64,000 nt of DNA from Acidobacteriota bacterium (GTDB lineage Bacteria; Acidobacteriota; Polarisedimenticolia; Polarisedimenticolales; JAIQFR01), in contig JBGQAU010000004.1 in assembly GCA_041494445.1 (NCBI GenBank), forward strand, positions 278 to 64,277. The letters are read 5' to 3'. This document shows, piece after piece, positions 10,039 through 20,006 of the stretch. Under the pieces are notes generated by a model. That model was not told the origin of the DNA, did not search any database, and saw only the letters and a program-made list of their open reading frames with translations. The stretch's first letter is position 1. Every line of letters starts with the position of its first letter. A program made the position numbers and the translations under genes.

Positions 10039-10731
10039 GTGAGTCTCGAAGTTCCTGCCATCCTGGAAGGCCGCGGGCTCGTGAGGAACTATCGCCTGGG
10101 CGCCACCGTGGTTCCCGCCTTGAGGGGAGTTCGTCTGGAGATCCGGCGCGGCGAGTTCCTCGTCCTCCAGGGACCCTCCGGATCGGGGAAGACGACCCTG
10201 ATGAACCTGCTGGGCCTTCTGGACCGGCCTGACGAGGGGGAGATGTTGCTCGACGGCCGCGGGATCGAAGGGCTGGACGAGAATGCCCTCGCGGACCTAC
10301 GCCGGGACCGCATCGGTTTCGTCTTCCAGACCTTCAACCTCGTTCCGGTCCTCACGATCGCGGAGAACGTGGAGTATCCGTTGATGCTCAAAGGCGTGCC
10401 CCCGATCGAGAGACGGCGGCGGGCCCACAGCCTGCTCGCCCGGGTGGGACTCGCCGGCAGGGAAGCGTCCCGACCGGACCTGCTCTCCGGAGGCGAACGT
10501 CAACGAGTCGCGATCGCCCGCGCGGTGGTCAACGAGCCCGACGTCGTTCTGGCGGACGAGCCCACCGCGAGCCTCGACACGCGGACCTCCGACGAGATCC
10601 TCCGCCTCGTGGACGAGCTCAACGAGGAACGTGGCGTGGCCTTCGTCGTGGCCACCCACGATCCGAAGGTGGTCGCGAAAGCCCGCCGAGTCCTCACCCT
10701 CCAGGACGGACGCTTCGTGGAGACGGAATGA
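10039..10731 (+). CDS. ABC transporter ATP-binding protein (LolD/MacB-type)
   Basis: Walker A GPSGSGKTT, signature LSGGERQRVAIARA and Walker B VVLADEPT are all present. Confidence 0.9.
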   Translation: MSLEVPAILEGRGLVRNYRLGATVVPALRGVRLEIRRGEFLVLQGPSGSGKTTLMNLLGLLDRPDEGEMLLDGRGIEGLDENALADLRRDRIGFVFQTFNLVPVLTIAENVEYPLMLKGVPPIERRRRAHSLLARVGLAGREASRPDLLSGGERQRVAIARAVVNEPDVVLADEPTASLDTRTSDEILRLVDELNEERGVAFVVATHDPKVVAKARRVLTLQDGRFVETE

Positions 10732-11954
10732 CCCTCTGGCACCTGGCCCTTCGCAACGTCGCCCGCAACCGGCGCAGAAGCCTGCTCACGGGGGGTGTCG
10801 TCGTATTCGGGTTCGCTGCCTTCGCGCTGGCGGGTGGCTTCATGGCGCAGAGCCTCGAAGGGCTACGCGAGGGGACGATCCGGAGCGGACTGGGGCACGT
10901 GCAGCTTGCCGATCCCGCGGAGTTCGAGGGCGGCGGCGAAGGGTCGCTGGAGCACGGGCTCGACGCGGCCGATCGGATCGAACGGATCCTGAGACGCGAT
11001 GCGGATGTGGTGGAGATCCTGCCGCGGATCGAATTCGTCGGGCTCCTGAGCGGGGAGGGCCGGTCCGTACCGTTTCTCGGAGTGGGACTCGATCCGATTC
11101 CCGAGGCTCGAACGATGGACTACCCCGACATCCTCGCGTCCGGCCGCTGGCTCAGGGACCGGAGCGAGCGCTGCGTCGTTCTCGGCGTCGGTCTGGCACG
11201 GGCGCTCTCGGTACGGGACGGGGACACGGTGACGATGCTCGCCACCACCGCCGATGGCGTCCTGAACGCCGTCGACGCGACCGTCGTGGGCCTGGTCGAC
11301 ATCCCGATCCGGGAGCTGAGCGAACGCTACCTGGCCACATCGCTGAGCCTGGCGGGCGAGCTGCTGGGAGTCTCGGACCGGGTCTCGAGGCTCGTCGTCG
11401 TGCTCCGCTCCGCCGGCAAAGCACCGGAAGCGCTCGAGAGGCTGAGGCAGCTGCTGCGGCGCGAAGGGATCGAGCTCGCCGGAAGAACCTGGGAAGATCT
11501 GGCGGTCTTCTATCGCCAGGTGCGTCTGCTGTACCTCGGGATATTCGGATTCATGGGGCTGGTCCTCGTGGTCGTCGTTCTCCTGGCCGCGGCGAACACC
11601 ATGCTGATGGCGGCGGCCGAGAGGACGCGCGAGATCGGAACGCTTCGCGCCCTCGGCACGCGACCGGGCCTGATCCGGCGACTGTTCCTGCTCGAGGGCA
11701 TCCTTCTCGCGGCGGGCGGCTGCGTCGTCGGCGCGGCGCTCTCGGTCGTGCTTCGTCTCGTCCTGAACCACTCCGGGATCATGCTCCCGCCGCCTCCCGG
11801 CGCCGCCCACGGCTCGCCTCTTCACGTGCAGTTCTTCGGACTCGCATACGGGGCCGGAGCAGCCGCCATGTTCGTGACGCTCACGCTCGCGTCGTACTTT
11901 CCGGCCCGCCGTGCGTCGAGAATGTCGATCGTGGACGCCCTGACCCATGTCTGA
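10728..11954 (+). CDS. ABC transporter permease, FtsX/LolC/E-like
   Basis: 408 aa with an N-terminal TM helix, a large periplasmic loop and three C-terminal TM helices. It shares an ATGA overlap with the ATPase gene. Confidence 0.8.
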   Translation: MTLWHLALRNVARNRRRSLLTGGVVVFGFAAFALAGGFMAQSLEGLREGTIRSGLGHVQLADPAEFEGGGEGSLEHGLDAADRIERILRRDADVVEILPRIEFVGLLSGEGRSVPFLGVGLDPIPEARTMDYPDILASGRWLRDRSERCVVLGVGLARALSVRDGDTVTMLATTADGVLNAVDATVVGLVDIPIRELSERYLATSLSLAGELLGVSDRVSRLVVVLRSAGKAPEALERLRQLLRREGIELAGRTWEDLAVFYRQVRLLYLGIFGFMGLVLVVVVLLAAANTMLMAAAERTREIGTLRALGTRPGLIRRLFLLEGILLAAGGCVVGAALSVVLRLVLNHSGIMLPPPPGAAHGSPLHVQFFGLAYGAGAAAMFVTLTLASYFPARRASRMSIVDALTHV

Positions 11955-12738
11955 CCGTGACCGAGTCGGGCGTCGACGCCCCGGAGGTCGACTCGGGGCC
12001 GGGATCGCACTCCTTCTCTTCACGGGGCTCGGCTCGCAGTCGAGCGCCGGGATCCCCGCGCAGGAGTTGCTCGAAGCCGCGGACGCGCCGCGGCACGTCA
12101 TCGAGGAGGGCGTGATCTCGGTGCGGGTGGTCGTGCGGGAGCGTGACGGGACCACCGCGGAGTCCGAGCTGGGGGTGTACGTCAGGGGCTCCGACAACAC
12201 CCTCTGCGTCTTCCGGGAGGGCAAGCAGAAGGGGAGGAAGGTCCTCGTGGTCGGGAACCGGGTCTGGTTGATCGTCCCGGGTTCGAAGCGTCTCGTCGCC
12301 GTCAGTGCCAACCAGCGGCTCCTGGGAGGAGCCTCGGTGGCCGATCTGGCCCGGCTGCGGCTGGCCGACGAATTCGACGGGACTCTGAGGGACGGTGCGG
12401 AATCCTACGAGGACATACCATGCTGGGTCCTGGATCTGAAGGCGAGAAGCGCGAGGTCTTCCTACGCCGCCGGCACGCTCTGGGTCGGAATGAAGGACCG
12501 ACTTCCACGACGGTTGCGCCTGACGCTGCGCTCCGGGAAAGAGGCGAAGGAAATTCTCTTCAGGTCCTTTCGCCGGGAGGGGAGCCGAGCGGTTCTCGCC
12601 CAGATGGAGATCCGGCACCTTCTCGCCCACGAGCGAGGGGAGGTGACCGTTCTCGACTTCCTTCGCTATCAGCCCGCGTCCCTGGATTCAGCGATCTTCT
12701 CTCCGGCGGGTGCGCAGTCCTCCCGCGACGCGCCGTGA
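11947..12738 (+). CDS. LolA-like outer-membrane lipoprotein-sorting protein
   Basis: It has a signal peptide. Its length and the C-terminal pattern (...MEIRHLL...VTVLDFLRYQPASLDSAIFSP) are typical of the LolA_like family found next to FtsX permeases. Confidence 0.6.
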   Translation: MSDRDRVGRRRPGGRLGAGIALLLFTGLGSQSSAGIPAQELLEAADAPRHVIEEGVISVRVVVRERDGTTAESELGVYVRGSDNTLCVFREGKQKGRKVLVVGNRVWLIVPGSKRLVAVSANQRLLGGASVADLARLRLADEFDGTLRDGAESYEDIPCWVLDLKARSARSSYAAGTLWVGMKDRLPRRLRLTLRSGKEAKEILFRSFRREGSRAVLAQMEIRHLLAHERGEVTVLDFLRYQPASLDSAIFSPAGAQSSRDAP

Positions 12739-12832
12739 AATCGTCGACCGGTGAGGGGGCCCGACGTGACCGCGCTCGGGAAGGTTCGCTCGGCGGCAGG
12801 GAGATCCTCGCCGCGGATGCGGGGGTCTTCGA

Positions 12833-13768
12833 ATGAGCCGGTGGTACACCCACGGCTGGAACACGACGACGTCGCTGCGGTTGATTCTCACCATCGTCCC
12901 GCGCGTGCCACGGTGGCTGGTTCCTGCCATGGGCGCCGTGACCACGGCGATCTGCCTCGCCGGCATGAAACGCGAGCGGAAGGCCGTGACACGAAACCTC
13001 CGTCGCGTTCTGGGTCGGGGCGGCTGGCGCCTGCGCCGCGTCGCCTGGAGCCTCTTCTACAACTTCAGCCGCTTCATGGTGAGCTACTGCGATCTGTCGA
13101 CCATGACTCCCGAGCGGCTGGGGTCGCGTCTTGCCGCGGATCCGTCCGGAGAGCATCGGATCCGCGCCGCTCTGGACCGCGGCAACGGCGTCGTCGCCCT
13201 CACGGCCCACCTCGGGAACTGGGAGGTCGCGACGCGGATGCTTCAGGGCACCGGACGTCCCGTACGCGTGGCGATGCAGCTCGAGCGGGCCAACGCGGCG
13301 GAGCGATGGCTGAATCGTCTGCGGGAGCAAGGGGGCGTCCGTGTCCTGCAGGTCGGGCAGGACCCGGGAAGCGTGCTCGCGCTCCGCGCCGCGCTCGCGA
13401 GGAACGAGATCGTGGCGATGCAGGGAGACCGCGCGCCGGGCGATCGGGTTGTCGAGGTCGACCTGTTCGGCGCGCCGTTCCGGTTTCCGCTGGGTCCCTT
13501 CCTGCTGGCGTATGGCTGCGATGCTCCGCTGATTCCGGCGTTCGTCTTGCAGGAAGGTTGGTGGCGCTGGCGCAGCGAGGTCGGCGAGCCGGTCCGGTTC
13601 CCGCGCACCGGAGACCGGCACGCCGACATCGTCGCGGGCGTCTCCCAGTACGCGGCGCAGCTCGAGCGTGTCGTCCGGTGTCATCCGGATCAGTGGTTCA
13701 ACTTCTACGACCTCTGGCCGTCGTCCGAGCCGGCGGGCTCGAATCGTGAGGGGTCACCGCGTGAGTGA
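12833..13768 (+). CDS. LpxL/HtrB-like lysophospholipid (lipid A-type) acyltransferase
   Basis: It has the HLGNWE (HX4[D/E]) acyltransferase motif and an N-terminal TM helix. Confidence 0.7.
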   Translation: MSRWYTHGWNTTTSLRLILTIVPRVPRWLVPAMGAVTTAICLAGMKRERKAVTRNLRRVLGRGGWRLRRVAWSLFYNFSRFMVSYCDLSTMTPERLGSRLAADPSGEHRIRAALDRGNGVVALTAHLGNWEVATRMLQGTGRPVRVAMQLERANAAERWLNRLREQGGVRVLQVGQDPGSVLALRAALARNEIVAMQGDRAPGDRVVEVDLFGAPFRFPLGPFLLAYGCDAPLIPAFVLQEGWWRWRSEVGEPVRFPRTGDRHADIVAGVSQYAAQLERVVRCHPDQWFNFYDLWPSSEPAGSNREGSPRE

Positions 13769-13848
13769 CCCCCTGGCCGGGAGAGGAACCGAGCGAGCGG
13801 CCTCGCGCTCGTCACGGGTCGCGCGCTTGGCATGATACGATATCTTCT

Positions 13849-14142
13849 ATGATCGAGGACGGTCCGCTGAGGCAGGAGCTGAAAGACCTGCTGCTAGCGA
13901 GGTTGCGCCTCCCGGGCGTGTCGGCGGACTCCATTCGAGACGACGATCCCCTCGTGGGGGGGCCGCTGGGTCTGGACTCCATCGACGTGCTCGAGCTCAC
14001 TCTCGCCGTCGAGGAGCGATACGGCTTCAAGATCGCGGACGAGAAGGTCGGGCGGGAGGCGTTCCGGTCGATCGCCAGGCTTGCCGAGTTCGTGCGCCAG
14101 CAGCGTGTCTCCGGCGGTGGCCCGGGATCCGCCCGTACATGA
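13849..14142 (+). CDS. Acyl carrier protein
   Basis: LGLDSIDVLEL is a phosphopantetheine attachment motif. It is about 97 aa from Met 29 of the track ORF, and its stop overlaps the KS start. Confidence 0.8.
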   Translation: MIEDGPLRQELKDLLLARLRLPGVSADSIRDDDPLVGGPLGLDSIDVLELTLAVEERYGFKIADEKVGREAFRSIARLAEFVRQQRVSGGGPGSART

Positions 14143-15353
14143 CCGGCGTGAAGCGCGAGTCTCGTGTCGTCATCACGGGCTGCGGGACCATCAACGCCCT
14201 GGGGCGCGACGTTCAGTCCTCGTGGGATCGTCTCGTCGCCGGCCGATGCGGAATCGGCCTTCTTAGCGCCCCTCTCGGAGGGGGACCCGTTCGGTTCGCC
14301 GCTGCCGTGAGCGAACCGCTGCCGGGAGCAGGCGCGTCGGCGATTTCTTCGCGGACCGCCCGTCTGGCTCTGGCGGCTGCGGAAGAGGCCGCCCGCCAGG
14401 CGAGGCTCTCCGAAATCGACGGCCGCGAGCGCGTCGGAGTGATCGTTGGAACGACGACGGGTGGAATCCGCGAGACGGAGGACTACTTCGTCTCCCGGCA
14501 GCGCGGGAGGCCCGGACGCCGCTCGGCCATCGTCGTGTTCGAGAAGGCCGGGACCTCCGACCTTCTGGCGACGCGGTTCGGTCTCGGGGGACCGCGTTTC
14601 ACGCTCCACACGGCCTGCGCCTCCGGCGCTTCGGCGATCGTGATCGGTGCCGAGTTGATTCGGGGCGGATATGTGGATGCGGTAATCGCCGGAGGCGCCG
14701 ATGCCCTGGCCCGCATGGTCCTGAGTGGTTTTCATTCGCTGCGGGTCGTCGCTCCGGAACCGTGCCGCCCGTTCGACCGCAGTCGATGCGGGCTCTCGTT
14801 GGGCGAGGGGGCCGGGATGATGGTTCTGGAACGAGAATCGCGTGCGGTGGAACGCGGGGCGGAGGTGCTGGCGGTGCTGCTCGGCGGAGGGCAGAGCACC
14901 GACGCGCACCACCTGACAGCGCCGGCTCCGGACGGCTGCGGTGCGGCCCGCGCGATCCGGGCGGCGCTGGCCCGAGCGAACGTCGCCGCGGAGGCGGTCG
15001 ACCACGTGAACGCGCACGGCACGGGGACCCTTCTGAACGACGCGGCCGAGGCGGCATCCATCACGGCAGTGCTCGGGAAGCGGACCCTACGGTGTCCGGT
15101 CACCTCGATCAAGGGGAGCATCGGACACACGTTGGGCGCCGCGGGAGCCATCGAGGCGGTCGTGGCGGTGCAGACCCTACGGACGGGGCTCATCCCGCCG
15201 ACCGTCGGTCTTCGCGAGCCCGACCCCGAATTCGGGCTCGATGTCGTCCAGGATCGTGCCCGCCGTGAGGATGTGCGCGTGGTTGTGTCGAACTCGTTCG
15301 GGTTCGGAGGCGCGAACGCCGTGCTCTGTCTGGGTAGGGCGGACTACCGATGA
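14139..15353 (+). CDS. Beta-ketoacyl-ACP synthase (FabF/FabB-type KS)
   Basis: The Cys-His-His triad is present in the contexts HTACASGASAI, VNAHGTGT and GSIGHTLGAAG. Confidence 0.9.
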   Translation: MTGVKRESRVVITGCGTINALGRDVQSSWDRLVAGRCGIGLLSAPLGGGPVRFAAAVSEPLPGAGASAISSRTARLALAAAEEAARQARLSEIDGRERVGVIVGTTTGGIRETEDYFVSRQRGRPGRRSAIVVFEKAGTSDLLATRFGLGGPRFTLHTACASGASAIVIGAELIRGGYVDAVIAGGADALARMVLSGFHSLRVVAPEPCRPFDRSRCGLSLGEGAGMMVLERESRAVERGAEVLAVLLGGGQSTDAHHLTAPAPDGCGAARAIRAALARANVAAEAVDHVNAHGTGTLLNDAAEAASITAVLGKRTLRCPVTSIKGSIGHTLGAAGAIEAVVAVQTLRTGLIPPTVGLREPDPEFGLDVVQDRARREDVRVVVSNSFGFGGANAVLCLGRADYR

Positions 15354-16309
15354 ACACTCCGCCCGTCGTCACGGGGATGGGTGCCGTCTGTCCTCTCGGC
15401 GAGAGCGTGCCTCAAGCGCTCGCCGGCTTCCGGAGCGCGGGACCCGCGGCAACTCGCGTGGACTTCGATTTCGGCGCGCGATTGTCCCCCAACCACAGGA
15501 GACGTCTCGACAGGCTCTCGCAGCTCGTGCTGGCGGCTTGTCTGGAGGCGGCCGAGCAGGCCACTTGGGGGCAGATCGACGGCGATCGGGCCGCGCTGGT
15601 GATCGGCACCGGCCTCGGCTGTCTCGAGAAAACCGAGTCCTACCTTCGTGGCATCGCGGACGAGGGTCTCGACTACGCGAACGCGATGAACTTCCCGGAT
15701 TCGATGGACAGCTCGCCTGCCGCCCACGTCGCCATGGCCCTCGGTTGCCACGGCCCGACCCTGACCGTCACGCAGCGCGAGATCACCGGCGAGAGCGCGT
15801 TGATACTCGCGGATCTCCTGCTGCGTCAGGGAACCGTGGATGTGGTCATGGTCGCCGCGGGGGACGCCGCGAGCCCGGAGCTCGAACGGCTCCTATCCCG
15901 CTTCGCTCCGGGATTACGGCCGGGGGAAGCCGCCGCCGCGCTCGTCCTCGAGACGACGGAGTCCGCGGCGCGACGTGGAGCGAGAATCATCGGATCGCTG
16001 ATCGGGCACGGGCAAGCCGGTTTTCCGCTCGCCGGCACGGCTCTGAGGTGTGGCGCGCCCGAAGTCCTGGCCAGGGCGCGGGAACTGGCGCTTTCCATGG
16101 CCGGGATTCCCCCCGGTCAGGCAGGCGAGATTCCCACCGTCGTGGCGGAGGAGATCTCGAGCCGCATCGGCTGGGTCCTGGCCGATGGCGTACTCCGCGC
16201 GGTCCTCGCGATGGATCGGATCGCTGCCCGGGCCGGGGGCGCCGCCATCGTGGCGCGACAGGCTCGAGGGGGCTCGTCCGCCGCGGTCGTCCTCGGGCCT
16301 GGACGGTGA
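15350..16309 (+). CDS. KS-like protein lacking the catalytic Cys (chain-length-factor-like)
   Basis: It has a KS N-terminal fold (VVTGMGAVCPLG). The position aligned by eye to the KS Cys reads TVTQREITGESAL, with no Cys. It shares an ATGA overlap with the KS gene. Confidence 0.65.
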   Translation: MNTPPVVTGMGAVCPLGESVPQALAGFRSAGPAATRVDFDFGARLSPNHRRRLDRLSQLVLAACLEAAEQATWGQIDGDRAALVIGTGLGCLEKTESYLRGIADEGLDYANAMNFPDSMDSSPAAHVAMALGCHGPTLTVTQREITGESALILADLLLRQGTVDVVMVAAGDAASPELERLLSRFAPGLRPGEAAAALVLETTESAARRGARIIGSLIGHGQAGFPLAGTALRCGAPEVLARARELALSMAGIPPGQAGEIPTVVAEEISSRIGWVLADGVLRAVLAMDRIAARAGGAAIVARQARGGSSAAVVLGPGR

Positions 16310-16312
16310 GCC

Positions 16313-16984
16313 GTGAGAATCGCGGCGCTCGTTCCCGCCTACGATGCCGAAAGCACGGTGGCCGACGTCGTGGAAGCGACCCGACGGGTTCTGCCCGAGG
16401 TCGTCGTGGTCGACGATGGGTCCTCGGACCACACCGCTACGGTGGCCCGAGGCGCAGGGGCCGTCGTGCTTCGGCTGGACTCGAATGGAGGAAAGGGAGC
16501 CGCGCTCCGTGCGGGTTTCCGGCATCTCCTCGAAGGCGGCGCCGAAGCCGTGGTGACCCTCGATGCGGATGGGCAGCACGACCCCGGCGAGATTCCGCGG
16601 CTCGTGGAACTCTGGAGCTCGTCGGGCGCCGGGGTCGTGATCGGATCGCAGCTCCACCTGCGAGGAGGGATGCTCCCGATCCGCCGCTTCGGCAACCGTT
16701 TCGCGGACCGCGCGATTTCCTTCTTCGCGGGTGTCCGCGTCGCGGGCACGCAAAGCGGATTTCGACTCTACGACGCACGCCTCCTGCGTTCTCTGCGACT
16801 TACCGGCACCGGGTATGAGCTGGAGAGCGAGATCATCGTCAAGGCCGTAAGGTCCGGCTTCCGGGTGCTGAGCATTCCCGTTCAGCTTCGATGGGTCGAG
16901 GGATCGACGACCAGCCACTACCGGCCGTGGCGGGACACCGCCCGCATCTGCGTCAGGGTCGTGGCGAGCCGTCTGCGGCGCTAG
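16313..16984 (+). CDS. Family 2 glycosyltransferase
   Basis: VVVDDGSSDHT and LDADGQHDP motifs are present. Confidence 0.8.
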   Translation: MRIAALVPAYDAESTVADVVEATRRVLPEVVVVDDGSSDHTATVARGAGAVVLRLDSNGGKGAALRAGFRHLLEGGAEAVVTLDADGQHDPGEIPRLVELWSSSGAGVVIGSQLHLRGGMLPIRRFGNRFADRAISFFAGVRVAGTQSGFRLYDARLLRSLRLTGTGYELESEIIVKAVRSGFRVLSIPVQLRWVEGSTTSHYRPWRDTARICVRVVASRLRR

Positions 16985-16986
16985 GG

Positions 16987-17739
16987 ATGTTTCTCCGGAT
17001 TTCCGTCGCGATGCACCTGGCGCTCCTGGCGCTGTTTCTGCGAAACGGGCCGCTGACCCTGGCCCTCCTGCTCGGTTACGGCATCTACCACGGGTTTCTC
17101 GCATGGGGGGTCCTCCATCCCAGGAGCAGGATCTTCGGACCCAACCGATCGCGACTTGCGACGGAGGAGCGGGTCGCGGTTCTGACGTTCGACGATGGCC
17201 CCCACCCCGAGGTCACGCCCCGAGTCCTCGAAATCCTCCGCGCAAGGGGAGTACGCGCGACGTTCTTCCTCGTCGGGAGGCACGTCGAGCGCCATCCGGA
17301 TATCGTTCGACGGATCGCGGCGGACGGACACACGCTGGGTTGCCACTCCTACCAGCATTCGTACCTCTTCTGGTCTCTACCGGCGAGCCGGCTCCTGCGC
17401 GAGGTCCGGGCATCCCAGGCGGCGGTCGAGGCGGCGTCGGGAAGGCCGTGCGTATGGTTCCGCGCCCCCGTGGGAATGAAAAACTGCCTTCTCCACCCGG
17501 TCCTCGCTCGCTTCGGACTCGACCTGGTGAGCTGGGATGTCCGTTTCCCGAAGAGGACGTCCACCGACCGCGAAGGCCTCCGTCGGCACCTCCGGCGGAG
17601 GGTCGCGCCGGGAAGCATTCTTCTCCTCCACGACGGGCACGATCGCAAACCCGAAGGGAATCCCGCCGTGCTCGAGGTTCTCCCCCGGCTTCTCTCGGCG
17701 CTCGACGCGATGGGGTACCGGTGCGTCCCGCTGCTTTAG
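16987..17739 (+). CDS. Polysaccharide deacetylase (NodB homology) with N-terminal TM helices
   Basis: LTFDDGPHP, GCHSYQH and LLLHDG motifs are present. The start is taken at Met 33 of the track ORF, 2 nt after the GT2 stop. Confidence 0.8.
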   Translation: MFLRISVAMHLALLALFLRNGPLTLALLLGYGIYHGFLAWGVLHPRSRIFGPNRSRLATEERVAVLTFDDGPHPEVTPRVLEILRARGVRATFFLVGRHVERHPDIVRRIAADGHTLGCHSYQHSYLFWSLPASRLLREVRASQAAVEAASGRPCVWFRAPVGMKNCLLHPVLARFGLDLVSWDVRFPKRTSTDREGLRRHLRRRVAPGSILLLHDGHDRKPEGNPAVLEVLPRLLSALDAMGYRCVPLL

Positions 17740-17958
17740 GTCGCCTTGACCTTCCGTACCGCGCGGCGGCCGAGTCGCCGAAGGCGGCCGACGGGCGCGA
17801 TCGGTCGCGATTTTGCCGGTGGGACGCACGGAGCCGGAGGAGGTAAGATGCGCGCGGCCGCCGGACGACGGGGACCGGGCGGGGGGCACTCCCGAGCCAC
17901 GGGGGGGCGCTCCCGAGCCGGGACGCGCGCCGGCCCGCGAGGAGTCGAGGAGAACAAC

Positions 17959-19833
17959 ATGCCCGGAAGGCTCGCCGAGCGGGCGATCGTCGCAGCTTCC
18001 GACGTTCTCTGGGTAGTCTTCCAAGGCATCCATAGAAGGTTCGCGCCGCGCGTGTTCCAACCCAAATGGGCTCCGTCGTCCCTGCTCAAGAGCACCCAGC
18101 GGACCCACCCGGCGCTCGGGTTCCCCCGTCGCACCCGCTCGCTCTGCCCCACCTGCGTGAAGGACGCGCGGGCCCGGGTGCTCGCGGGAGAACTGGCCGT
18201 CGAGGACCTCGTCGGCGGACACCACGCGGAAATCGACGCCGACATCATCGAGCGCGACGGCAAGGTGTGGATGGTGAAGACCTGTCCCACCCACGGCCGA
18301 GTCGAGGACGTCCTCTCGACCGACCCGGCGTTCCTGCGCCGGATCGAGTCCCTCGACCCCGGGCGCGATTTCCGAATGGCCCCCGACAGGCTTCACGAGC
18401 ACGGTTCGAGCGCGATTCGCTACGGACGCGGATCGGTGCTCACCATCGATCTCACCAACCGCTGCAACATGATGTGCAATCCGTGTTTCGCGGACGCGAA
18501 CCAGGTCGGCTACGTACACGAGCTGGAGTGGCGAACCATCCAGGGAATCCTGGACAACGCCCTTGAGGTGAGGCCCCGACGGCAGATGTCGGTCCAGTTC
18601 TCGGGCGGGGAGCCGACCCTCTCCCCGTACTTCGTCCCGGCGGTTGCCTACGCGCGGAAGCTGGGGTACATGGCCGTGCAGGTCGCGACCAACGGGATTC
18701 GCTTCGCCCAGGACCCCGAGTTCGCGCGTGAAGCGGCTCGGGCGGGGCTGAGGCTCGCCTACCTGCAGTTCGACGGCGTCGGGAACGAGGCGAATCGCCA
18801 CCGGAACGTGGCCAACTTGTTCGACGTCAAGCGGCGCGCCATCGAGAACCTGCACGCCGCCGGTGTGGATGTCACGCTCGTGGCCACGATCGTCAACACG
18901 ATCAGCAACCACCAGGTGGGCCCCATCATCCGCTTCGTCATCGAGAACATCCACAAGGTCAACGCGCTCGTCTTCCAGCCCGTGTCCTTCACGGGACGGG
19001 ACGAGGACGTGGATGACGAGACACGGGCGCGTCAGCGATACACGCTGGCGCAGCTCGCTCATGACGTGAAGGACCAGCTCGGGACCACCGAGCCGCTGAG
19101 AGACTGGTTTCCGCTCTCCGCCTCCGGACCGTTCGCCGATCTCAAGGATCTCCTATGGGGTCCTCAGGCGGAGTGGGGCTCTCTGAGCTGCAGCTCGCAC
19201 CCCGACTGCGGCGTGGCCACGTTTCTCGTCGTCAACGAGAAGACGAGGCAAGCGGTGCCCGCCATGCGGCTCGTGAACATCGACCGCCTGCTCGAGGACC
19301 TCAGAGTCATCACCGATTCGGCTCGGGGTCGGCGGCTCACGCTATTCCAGACCGCGCTTGCTCTGCTCCGGAACATGAAGGTGAGCGGGTTCCCGGCGGA
19401 CCTGAGCGTCTTGGACCTCCTGAAGACCCTCGACGGGTACAACCGGATGACCCTGGGGATCGCGGACCGGAACCGCCACGTGTGGCGGTCCGTGATGGTA
19501 GGCAGCATGTGGTTTCAGGACCTCTTCAACTTCGACTTCCAGCGGACCGAGATGTGCGTCATTCCTTACGGCACCGAGCGGGGAGAGATCTCGTTCTGCG
19601 CGTACAACACCGGCATCGGATGGCGGAGGATCATCGAGGCCATGCACAAGACCGCGACGACTGCGGAGTGGAACCGTAAGATGGGTCGCCATGCGGTCTA
19701 CGCCGGCGGTCGGCCGATCCCGCTTCCCCCGGTGGAGAGCCCGGCGACCGGGGCGAGCCGTATCGAGACACGACGGGTCGACGAGCGGGCAACGGTCGGG
19801 GCCGCGGCCCGAGAGGGCTCTTCCGGCGCGTGA
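17959..19833 (+). CDS. Radical SAM enzyme resembling the tetraether lipid synthase family (Tes / GDGT-MAS, MJ0619-like)
   Basis: It has the CX3CX2C motif CNMMCNPC. The N-terminus carries SLCPTC...KTCPTHG, a zinc-ribbon/rubredoxin-like pair. The C-terminus has ISFCAYNTGIGWR. It is 624 aa from the ATG at 17959, which has a GAGGAG-type RBS. The family call is from memory of this architecture. Confidence 0.6.
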   Translation: MPGRLAERAIVAASDVLWVVFQGIHRRFAPRVFQPKWAPSSLLKSTQRTHPALGFPRRTRSLCPTCVKDARARVLAGELAVEDLVGGHHAEIDADIIERDGKVWMVKTCPTHGRVEDVLSTDPAFLRRIESLDPGRDFRMAPDRLHEHGSSAIRYGRGSVLTIDLTNRCNMMCNPCFADANQVGYVHELEWRTIQGILDNALEVRPRRQMSVQFSGGEPTLSPYFVPAVAYARKLGYMAVQVATNGIRFAQDPEFAREAARAGLRLAYLQFDGVGNEANRHRNVANLFDVKRRAIENLHAAGVDVTLVATIVNTISNHQVGPIIRFVIENIHKVNALVFQPVSFTGRDEDVDDETRARQRYTLAQLAHDVKDQLGTTEPLRDWFPLSASGPFADLKDLLWGPQAEWGSLSCSSHPDCGVATFLVVNEKTRQAVPAMRLVNIDRLLEDLRVITDSARGRRLTLFQTALALLRNMKVSGFPADLSVLDLLKTLDGYNRMTLGIADRNRHVWRSVMVGSMWFQDLFNFDFQRTEMCVIPYGTERGEISFCAYNTGIGWRRIIEAMHKTATTAEWNRKMGRHAVYAGGRPIPLPPVESPATGASRIETRRVDERATVGAAAREGSSGA

Positions 19834-19847
19834 CGACGGGAGCCGAA

Positions 19848-20000
19848 GGGCGCGCTCTGACGCTCGCCGGGGAGGGAGACGAGGGAGCGCGGAGCTTCGG
19901 CATCCACGTTGCCGCTTCCCATCGTGGGGAGATCCTCGAGCACCCGGATCGTTCGCGGCAACTCGAACGGGGCGACCCGCTCCGTTAGGTCGCCTCGGAA
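19848..20000 (-). pseudogene. Duplicated 3' fragment of the aryl/acyl-CoA ligase gene (repeat copy A)
   Basis: About 150 nt are roughly 93% identical by eye to 20858-21010. The fragment encodes ...LTERVAPFELPRTIRVLEDLPTMGSGNVDAEAPRSLVSLPGER with the stop codon lost (TAG to CAG). Confidence 0.75.
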
Positions 20001-20006
20001 TCTACG

